This document shows positions 33,138 through 39,860 of a stretch of DNA of 39,860 nt, in pieces. Location: the UHGV virus genome UHGV-0224961, one strand, 5' to 3'. The notes beneath the pieces are model-generated. The model was not told the DNA's origin. It did not search any database and saw only the letters and a list, made by a program, of their open reading frames with translations. The position numbers were made by a program, and so were the translations under genes. Each line of letters opens with the position of its first letter. Position 1 is the stretch's first letter. The stretch is from a virus.

Positions 33138-36113
33138 ATGACGGTCTCAACCGAAGTTGACCACAACGAATACACAGGTAACGGCGTTACGACATCATTT
33201 CCGTATACCTTTAGGGTTTTCAAGGAATCTGATCTGGCAGTACAGGTGGTTGACCTTGACGAAAATATCGCTGTGCTGGCTCTTGATACTGATTACACTG
33301 TCACTGGGGCTGGTGGATATAATGGCGGTAATGTAATTCTGTCGAAGGCGTTAGCTAACGGTTATCAGATTTCTATATCACGAGAGCTACCGGTTACGCA
33401 GGAAACTGATCTGCGAAATCAGGGAAAGTTTTTCGCTGAGGTGCATGAAGACGCGTTAGATAAGCTGACGATGCTGATACAGCAAGTCCGCAGTTGGTTT
33501 AGCCTGGCGCTGCGCAAACCATCATTTGTGGCAAACTATTACGATGCTTTGAATAATTACATCCGTAATTTGCGCGATCCTTCCAAGCCTCAAGATGCAG
33601 CTACAAAGAATTATGTTGATAATATTGTTAATGTGAATATTAACAGGACATTACGGGTTCCAGATAATTTTATTGAACCACTTCCTCCAGTTCATTTACT
33701 GGAAGAAACTGTCATTGGTATCGTCAATGGTAAACCTATAGGTGTACCTGTGCCTTCTGGCAGTGCCGCAGATGTTCTTCTGCAATTATCTAGCGCAGGA
33801 GAAGGAAAAGGTGATGCATTAATTGGTGTAAGGCAGCCATTTGCCGGGGCTGTAACTATAACTCAGCATGAAAACAATGCTCTTTTCTTAAATGTAAAAC
33901 AATTCGGAGCAATTGGGGATGGGAAATATCATCCATTATCTGAGAGGTTTTCTTCAATTTCTGAAGCAAAATCCTTATATCCTTTTGTTGACTCATTATC
34001 TCAGTCAATAGACTGGGCCGCGTGGCAAGCTGCCATTAACACAGGAAAGGTTATTTATGGTACTGATAATGCGTATGTAATAACGGATACGTTAACACCT
34101 GTTTCTGGTGGTGGGATAATTGGTCTTGGTGTGGGCAAATGGGTCTCTGGATATACTGCAACATTTGCTCCTGATATTACCACAGGGACCACATTCCTGA
34201 TGTACGGTGTAGGAAATAAAAAATATACTGTAGATTGTGTTTCTAATATGGATGTTAGTGGTGGTGTGGTTTCTAATCCATCTTCCGAAGACCCGTATAC
34301 AACAACGGCACCTGCGTCATCATATGATTTATTGGATTTTACTAACGGTGATGCTAATGGGGCTACAAGAGCCACGCTTAAACCATTCTCTGCCGCAATA
34401 TTGATGCCAGAGACAGGATGTGTTCGCCTTGAGAACTTTCGTATTGTTCCATATTTCAATGGGCTGGATGGTTATAAAGACATTGCAAATACCGGTCTTG
34501 GCGATGAGTGGGATGTAGGTATTTGGTCACGTGCGTCTTTTGGCAATGAATACCGCAATTTGCAGGTGGTTGGATACTGGCGCAAGACGGCACTTTTAAA
34601 AACGAACATTCCTGTATCTGGCACGCTGGCCGCTCAGGGCGAGGATGAAAACTATTATCACTGTAGATTCCAGGGATTCAAGGGTGTTTCGATCCGCGCC
34701 CATGATGTATTCCGAATTACAGCGGTAACGTCCAGCACTATCGAAATCCCATGGTCATCAAGCCACACCTTCGAAACGTCCGGGGTTTTAAGATCGGGAG
34801 GCAGGAATTTCACTTATTCAGGATTATCCGTATCCGGTGATAAGTTAGTATTTACTGGAGTGTCTAACGCTTCTGAGGCAACAGTAGGTTCTACTATACG
34901 GCGAAATGACATAGATAACTTTGGTATGGCGGGAACGCAATTTTTCGATTGCTACATTACCAGCCTGTATCACCACACACATCTGCTTGCCACATCGCAA
35001 TACCTGTCTCAGCCATTCAGCCGGCCATCAGAGTGTATGGAGGTTTCAGGGGAACCAGTTCGCGGTGTACAGGTACATGCGGGAACCATTCAGGGATGGG
35101 ATGATGTTCTTATTCATCTGCATGACTGTGGAAATATGAACTTTTACAGTACATATTTCGAAAGCCAGCAAGCATATGTAACTATAAATGGTGGTAATGC
35201 TATTGGTTATGGAGCACGTATGATAGCTTCCCGGCAATCAACAAGCTCATTACCATATGCAGCAGGGAATACTCGAGTGCTTAGAATGGTCGGGTGCTCT
35301 GAAGGCAATGGCGTTGACTGGGGTCCTGTATTTAACAACTATACAGGAGGAAGATATAATTCTGGAGACGGTGTATTTAACCCCCGCGATGCATTTATAG
35401 ACCATAAATCTCTTCCTGAGCAGTCAGGAGGTGAGTCAAGACTCGTATCACAAAAAGGAAATGCCAGAGTAGTATGTGGTGTTGGTAAAACTGTACTGCT
35501 TGGACCAACGTCAGGAGATTGTAATTTACAGAGCAATACTGGAAGTTTAAATATTAGAAGTGGGATAAGAGTAAGAATCGGTCACGCTGATGGAACAGAC
35601 TGGTGGTTGGCAGATGCTAATAAAATAGCTCCTGTTGATGATAATGTTAAAGCTATTGGACAGCCATCAAACAGATGCTCTGTTATCTATGCAGGAACCG
35701 GGTCAATCAATACGTCAGATGAAACTCTTAAAACAAGATATGATATTCTTAATGCAGAGCGTAATGCCGCTATTGAAATAAAGTCAGTCATCTATAAATT
35801 TAAATTTAATGACTCAATTAATCACAAAGGAATTGAGTCGTCCAGGTATCATTTTGGCGTTGGCGCTCAAACCGTAGGGGATATTCTTAGAAAGCATGGT
35901 TTAAACCCTGAGCAATATGCTTTTTGGTGTTACGATGAATGGCCTGACGTATGGGATGAAGAGGTGATAACTGAAGAGAGCACAGATCCTGATACAGGTG
36001 AGAAAATTTATTCTCAATATAAAACAGGAGATATGATTCTTGTAAAAAAAGCAGGAGGACGCTACGGAATTCGTTATGACGAATTAGCCATGTTTATATT
36101 AATGTCAATGTAA
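33138..36113 (+). CDS. Tailspike with C-terminal intramolecular chaperone-like domain
   Basis: 991 aa; central region likely beta-helix (FGAIGDGKYHP); C-terminal region resembles S74-type self-cleaving chaperone domains of tail fibres as recalled; AT-rich from about 33500 onward. Confidence 0.8.
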   Translation: MTVSTEVDHNEYTGNGVTTSFPYTFRVFKESDLAVQVVDLDENIAVLALDTDYTVTGAGGYNGGNVILSKALANGYQISISRELPVTQETDLRNQGKFFAEVHEDALDKLTMLIQQVRSWFSLALRKPSFVANYYDALNNYIRNLRDPSKPQDAATKNYVDNIVNVNINRTLRVPDNFIEPLPPVHLLEETVIGIVNGKPIGVPVPSGSAADVLLQLSSAGEGKGDALIGVRQPFAGAVTITQHENNALFLNVKQFGAIGDGKYHPLSERFSSISEAKSLYPFVDSLSQSIDWAAWQAAINTGKVIYGTDNAYVITDTLTPVSGGGIIGLGVGKWVSGYTATFAPDITTGTTFLMYGVGNKKYTVDCVSNMDVSGGVVSNPSSEDPYTTTAPASSYDLLDFTNGDANGATRATLKPFSAAILMPETGCVRLENFRIVPYFNGLDGYKDIANTGLGDEWDVGIWSRASFGNEYRNLQVVGYWRKTALLKTNIPVSGTLAAQGEDENYYHCRFQGFKGVSIRAHDVFRITAVTSSTIEIPWSSSHTFETSGVLRSGGRNFTYSGLSVSGDKLVFTGVSNASEATVGSTIRRNDIDNFGMAGTQFFDCYITSLYHHTHLLATSQYLSQPFSRPSECMEVSGEPVRGVQVHAGTIQGWDDVLIHLHDCGNMNFYSTYFESQQAYVTINGGNAIGYGARMIASRQSTSSLPYAAGNTRVLRMVGCSEGNGVDWGPVFNNYTGGRYNSGDGVFNPRDAFIDHKSLPEQSGGESRLVSQKGNARVVCGVGKTVLLGPTSGDCNLQSNTGSLNIRSGIRVRIGHADGTDWWLADANKIAPVDDNVKAIGQPSNRCSVIYAGTGSINTSDETLKTRYDILNAERNAAIEIKSVIYKFKFNDSINHKGIESSRYHFGVGAQTVGDILRKHGLNPEQYAFWCYDEWPDVWDEEVITEESTDPDTGEKIYSQYKTGDMILVKKAGGRYGIRYDELAMFILMSM

Positions 36114-36123
36114 TAATAAATGC

Positions 36124-36160
36124 AATAACCCCGAATAAAACAGCGGGGTTATTGTTATTA
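36124..36160 (+). terminator. Terminator hairpin after the tailspike
   Basis: 10-bp stem aataaccccg/cggggttatt followed by T-rich sequence. Confidence 0.55.
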
Positions 36161-36519
36161 TAATAATGCTCTTAACTTCTTAAATGATATTTATATGCAC
36201 TTAGATTATTAAATCTATATTATGCCTGTTATTTATGTGTTCTGTTATATGTTTTGCAGGCACTGTTGGCAGCATTAAAGGAAATTGTATTTATGGCGAA
36301 ATAGCTGGTATCGTGTTTTTATTGTGCGTAAAAATAACAGACTGCATATATTATTGTATAAAGTTTTGGAAATGAAAACACTCAAACTTACCGCTGTGGA
36401 TATGTTTTGACCATCGCGAATTGGATTGGTAATATTGGGTAACAAAAAACCATAAATGGTTTATCATGCGTAATGCTTTACTGTTCAGGAGGTAGTTATG
36501 CATATAAACGGTGGAAAAC

Positions 36520-36924
36520 ATGTCAGCTCAACTAACCAGTGAAACTTTAAATCAGTGGCTTAGCATGAGTTCTTTGGCGGCAGTGATAGCAGGAGTTCCT
36601 CCTGAGGTTGCTTTGGGGTCTTTGGCTGGGGCGGTGATTTTTGTTACCTCTGCGGTAGAGTATCCCATTCGTCGTCGCGTGCTCTTGTCGATGCTTAGCT
36701 TTCTCTGCGGACTTCTATTCTACAAACCAGCAGCATCAATTCTTATCGGCATAGCCAGCCTGATCCCTACAATCACACAGGATTCTTTCGAGAAAGGGAT
36801 TGTTTTCTCTGCCGGTGCATTTGTGTCAGCAATCGTCGCTGTGCGAATTGGGATCTGGCTCTATCACCGTTCCGATAATCCACGCGAGTTAATTCCGGGG
36901 AGAAAAGACGATGGTAACTCATGA
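36520..36924 (+). CDS. Holin-like membrane protein
   Basis: Multiple TM segments; first gene of the lysis cassette; start ambiguous between GTG 36511 and ATG 36520. Confidence 0.5.
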   Translation: MSAQLTSETLNQWLSMSSLAAVIAGVPPEVALGSLAGAVIFVTSAVEYPIRRRVLLSMLSFLCGLLFYKPAASILIGIASLIPTITQDSFEKGIVFSAGAFVSAIVAVRIGIWLYHRSDNPRELIPGRKDDGNS

Positions 36925-37219
36925 GCTTTTTTTGCTTATCACCAATGCGGTTATTTGCGCCGGTATAGCAGTTCGAGTTGCCACATTTCGGAGAAACGGT
37001 TCTCAACACAGGCGATGGGGTGGGTGGCTTGCTTATTTCCTGATTGTTGCTGCGGCCAGCATTCCAGTTCGTGTCGCTTATGCAATCTGGTTACGCACGC
37101 CAATGGTTGTGGATTTATCTGAGGTCATTATCAACGCTGTCATGCTTGCTGCAGTCATTAAAACGCGCGGTAACGTAGTTCAGATTTTCAAAATAACGAG
37201 GTCTAAACATGGAGATTAA
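36911..37219 (+). CDS. Holin / holin-associated membrane protein
   Basis: 102 aa, about 3 TM segments, charged C-terminus; overlaps the endolysin start. Confidence 0.5.
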   Translation: MVTHELFLLITNAVICAGIAVRVATFRRNGSQHRRWGGWLAYFLIVAAASIPVRVAYAIWLRTPMVVDLSEVIINAVMLAAVIKTRGNVVQIFKITRSKHGD

Positions 37220-37838
37220 ACAATTCCAGCGAGCTGCTGGTATCAGCGAGGAACTGGCCGCTCGCTGGTTCTCGCATATAACTTCTGCGATGAAAGAGTT
37301 TGGTATCAGCAAACCAGAAGATCAGGCAATGTTTATTGCTCAGGTCGGGCATGAGTCTGGAGGCTTCACCCGGTTGCAGGAAAATTTCAACTACAGCGTA
37401 ACCGGATTGGCTAACTTCGTTCGGGCTGGGCGTCTCACTCAGGGGCAGGCTAATGCACTTGGTCGCCGTGCTGGTGAACCACCATTGCCACTCGAGCGCC
37501 AGCGCGCGATCGCAAATCTGGTGTACAGCAAACGCATGGGGAACAATGCCCCTGGTGATGGCTGGAATTACCGTGGGCGCGGGCTTATCCAGATTACCGG
37601 TTTGAATAACTATCGTGACTGTGGAAACGGTCTGAAAGTTGACCTGCTGGAGAATCCTGAACTGTTGGCGCAGGACGAATACGCGGCTCGTAGCGCGGCG
37701 TGGTTCTTCTCCAGCAAAGGTTGCATGAAGTATACCGGAGATATTGCACGTGTAACTCTGCTTATCAATGGTGGCCGGAACGGCATTGATGACCGGCGCG
37801 CGCGATACATCACTGCCAGTAAGGTGCTGGCGGTATGA
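37209..37838 (+). CDS. Endolysin, glycoside hydrolase family 19-like
   Basis: 209 aa; [12 protein letters not shown] and GRGLIQITG motifs typical of GH19 phage endolysins. Confidence 0.85.
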   Translation: MEIKQFQRAAGISEELAARWFSHITSAMKEFGISKPEDQAMFIAQVGHESGGFTRLQENFNYSVTGLANFVRAGRLTQGQANALGRRAGEPPLPLERQRAIANLVYSKRMGNNAPGDGWNYRGRGLIQITGLNNYRDCGNGLKVDLLENPELLAQDEYAARSAAWFFSSKGCMKYTGDIARVTLLINGGRNGIDDRRARYITASKVLAV

Positions 37839-38317
37839 TCTGGGCATTCGCAAAAGCATACTGGAAACAGTTGGTTATCATGGCGATGCTTGCTGTTCTG
37901 GTCATATCAGGAGTTGTAGCCTGGAATGCACACGGCAGTCGTCAGTACGATGCCGGGTATGCGCAGGCGAAGGAAGACCGCAAAGCTGAAGATGAGATAG
38001 TTCGTCAGCACTACGAACAGGAGAAATCGATCAATGAACGTGAAGCGCAGCAGAGGATCGACCAGGCGCGCAATGATTCTCTTGATGCTGCCGCTCGCGC
38101 TGGCCGGTTGCAGCAACAACTCTTTGCCATCCGTGAGCAGCTCAGGCAGTATAACGCCATTGTCGGCGCTGGGACGTCAGCCGCAGACACCGGAGTTTTG
38201 CTTGCCGACGTGCTCAGCAAATCTCTCGAGAGAAACAGACAACTGGCAGAGTATGCTGACCGGGCAGCCGAAGCCGGAAGAGTCTGCGAAAAACAATACG
38301 ACACCCTGACCAGATAG
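37835..38317 (+). CDS. Rz-like i-spanin
   Basis: N-terminal TM ([18 protein letters not shown]) followed by charged coiled-coil; ATGA overlap with the endolysin. Confidence 0.75.
   Translation: MIWAFAKAYWKQLVIMAMLAVLVISGVVAWNAHGSRQYDAGYAQAKEDRKAEDEIVRQHYEQEKSINEREAQQRIDQARNDSLDAAARAGRLQQQLFAIREQLRQYNAIVGAGTSAADTGVLLADVLSKSLERNRQLAEYADRAAEAGRVCEKQYDTLTR
38034..38309 (+). CDS. Rz1-like o-spanin lipoprotein embedded in Rz (+1 frame)
   Basis: Lipobox LALAGC; Pro-rich mature part; start could be 38034 or 38073. Confidence 0.6.
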   Translation: MNVKRSRGSTRRAMILLMLPLALAGCSNNSLPSVSSSGSITPLSALGRQPQTPEFCLPTCSANLSRETDNWQSMLTGQPKPEESAKNNTTP

Positions 38318-38471
38318 CATGGCATTTTTCATGGTACTGATTTCCGGTGACGGTATATAAAACGGTACTAGAAAAATGAAGTTTTGGAAAAATGTTATCA
38401 CTCAATTGGTTATGATTGTCGTAAATAATTGAGTGGGAATGATTTGATCCCTGCACTATGAATTAGCAAAA

Positions 38472-38497
38472 CCCTCTGTTACTACAGAGGGTTTTTT
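38472..38497 (+). terminator. Rho-independent terminator ccctctg-ttacta-cagaggg + TTTTTT
   Basis: Near-duplicate of the hairpin at 49-79. Confidence 0.65.
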
Positions 38498-38535
38498 ATA
38501 CTCACGAATCATAGGATTGAAGTTACTGACATCGC

Positions 38536-39075
38536 TTAGTTAAACCAGCTGTCCGATTTGTTCTCTTCTGCTTTGCCCACGCTTTTCATCAGATCGCGAC
38601 CGCCTTCAGTCATATTCCTGTTTGCGTCAGCTTCAGATTGCACCACATCGGTTTGCGCAGCTTTGTGCTTCAGTTCCTGATCGATAAATTCGTTTTCTCG
38701 CTTAACGCGGGCTTCTTCTTTCGCCAGCGCCAGTTTTTGTTTCTGAATCTCTAAGCTGCGTAGCTCATCTTCATAACTTTGATCGCGTTTCTTGTCCGCA
38801 GTGGCTTCGGCGTCCAGTTTATCCTGACGAGCTTTCTTATTCGCCGCTGCCGTTGCCGCTCTTTTATTAGCCGCGGCCTGGGCGTTTGCGCGACGTTGCT
38901 TCTCTTGCTGGATTTCCCTGTTGCGCTCCGCGACCCATTCGTCATGCTGCCTTTGCTCTTCATTTTTACCTTGCTGTTCCGCTTCTGCGACAGCAGAGAG
39001 TTGATCCTGCAATGATGAGGCGATAGCCGGATAGCTTAAGGAGGCTAAGATGGCGCAAAGAAAAACTTTCTTCAT
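38536..39075 (-). CDS. Secreted charged coiled-coil protein (probable host or cargo gene)
   Basis: Signal peptide MKKVFLCAILASLSYPAIA; Lys/Glu/Ala/Gln-rich. Confidence 0.6.
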   Translation of the reverse strand: MKKVFLCAILASLSYPAIASSLQDQLSAVAEAEQQGKNEEQRQHDEWVAERNREIQQEKQRRANAQAAANKRAATAAANKKARQDKLDAEATADKKRDQSYEDELRSLEIQKQKLALAKEEARVKRENEFIDQELKHKAAQTDVVQSEADANRNMTEGGRDLMKSVGKAEENKSDSWFN

Positions 39076-39090
39076 GACTCCTCCTGATTA

Positions 39091-39609
39091 TTAGCTCTTT
39101 TCAGGACATTTGGTATTTGGCTGAATACGCGTTTCGTTATACGTCGTGGTAATAACAACGGCTAAACCTGTCGTAAACTGGCACTCTTTACCCACCTGGG
39201 TGGAGGTATACACTTTGGTGCCTTCCTTATACGTTAGAGAAACACCTTCCACTAAGGTTTTATCATTCACCATAGAACCTGCTGCCGCGCCAACAGCTCC
39301 GCCGCCAACTGCACCTGCCGTCGTTCCGGAATTGCTGCCAGACCCCACGTTGTGGCCGATAACACCGCCAGCGACTGCACCAATAAGCGCGCCGAAGGCT
39401 TGTGCGTTTCGTTTATTTTGGGAGTTGTCTACGGCAACTTTTGCGGGAAGAATGGAAATAATATTAACGGTTTTAGTTTCTTGTTTGGTATTCAGTTGAT
39501 CGGTTTGATAAACATCGGCGGCATGATCATCAGCATTTGACTGGCATCCTGCCAGAGTGAATGACGCTAACATTGCCACAGGCAGAAGACATTTTTTAAA
39601 TTTCATCAC
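39091..39609 (-). CDS. Lipoprotein with glycine-zipper motif (YcfJ-like)
   Basis: Lipobox FTLAGC; GALIGAVAGGVIGHNVGSG glycine zipper. Confidence 0.7.
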   Translation of the reverse strand: MMKFKKCLLPVAMLASFTLAGCQSNADDHAADVYQTDQLNTKQETKTVNIISILPAKVAVDNSQNKRNAQAFGALIGAVAGGVIGHNVGSGSNSGTTAGAVGGGAVGAAAGSMVNDKTLVEGVSLTYKEGTKVYTSTQVGKECQFTTGLAVVITTTYNETRIQPNTKCPEKS

Positions 39610-39733
39610 TATTCCTTGTTATACACATTACGAAAAATAAGATATTTAAGATCATCAAAAGAGGAAAGTAAATGTATTGCGTATAAAGGAATAGATTAAA
39701 TTTATTAAAATTCATGCTGGAAATAATTTATAA

Positions 39734-39771
39734 AAATACATCATCACAACATATGTATTAATGATGTATTT
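39734..39771. repeat. Inverted repeat AAATACATCAT-N16-ATGATGTATTT in the AT-rich upstream region
   Basis: Perfect 11-bp arms; spacer contains the ACATATGT palindrome. Confidence 0.5.
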
Positions 39772-39860
39772 ATTTCGCAGCCGAACAGGATGAACTTCAG
39801 TCAGAACAAAGACGTAAAATTTAAGATGAAAGAATATCTGCCGCTTTGATAATCTCAAAG

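Larger units (their letters stand above)
193..38317. mobile_element. Prophage, temperate podovirus-like (epsilon15/SPN1S-like gene content); boundaries approximate
   Basis: Continuous phage gene set from integrase to the Rz/Rz1 lysis genes; att sites not identified with certainty. Confidence 0.7.

Noticed and set aside
34055-34459. 134-aa minus-strand ORF inside the tailspike
   Set aside because: Antisense shadow ORF within a strongly supported gene.
36498-36542. Short upstream ORF (MHINGGKHVSSTNQ) with a strong AGGAGG site just before the holin-like gene, and the idea of a dual-start holin/antiholin
   Set aside because: The short ORF is in a different frame from the holin candidate and the MENM start lacks the basic residue typical of antiholin dual starts; too speculative.
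1-39860. Transposase or IS elements, reverse transcriptase (retron/DGR) or cas genes
   Set aside because: No ORF shows DDE transposase, RT or Cas signatures on reading; no terminal inverted repeats flanking any candidate.

Overview
The window is almost entirely one temperate podovirus-like prophage (about 38 kb) plus roughly 1.4 kb of probable flanking or cargo DNA at the right end. All calls are from reading the sequence and the ORF track; no database search was run. Order, left to right: P4-type tyrosine integrase (+), a leftward early operon (Red-like Exo and Bet/RecT-like annealing protein, AlpA-like regulator, MT-A70 adenine methyltransferase), a CI-like repressor flanked by OL- and OR-like operator clusters, Cro-like protein, O-like initiator with internal iterons, P-like helicase loader, an accessory block (PD-(D/E)xK nuclease, three mosaic Ea22-like paralogs, a second DNA methyltransferase, zinc-ribbon, DUF551 and NinX-like proteins), TerS/TerL, an ~800 bp non-coding island with an opposite-strand tRNA-Arg(UCU), portal, scaffold, major capsid, a T7-like tail/internal-core block (gp11-, gp12-, gp13-16-like), a tailspike with a C-terminal chaperone-like domain, and a lysis cassette (holin candidates, GH19 endolysin, Rz with embedded Rz1). 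The gene content resembles epsilon15/SPN1S-type Salmonella/E. coli phages. The most interesting signals are regulatory. (1) A 15-bp palindrome TTACC-N5-GGTAA occurs perfectly six times, only in intergenic DNA: flanking the repressor gene and again in front of four other operons, suggesting direct repressor control of every operon. (2) A near-consensus LexA (SOS) box sits in front of a small minus-strand gene transcribed divergently from the tailspike, while the repressor lacks a LexA-like autocleavage domain, so this gene is a strong candidate SOS-inducible antirepressor. (3) A 12-bp palindrome GTGAC(A/G)TGTCAC marks three operon ends. (4) The tRNA island carries its own minus-strand terminators and a possible operator-overlapped leftward promoter.
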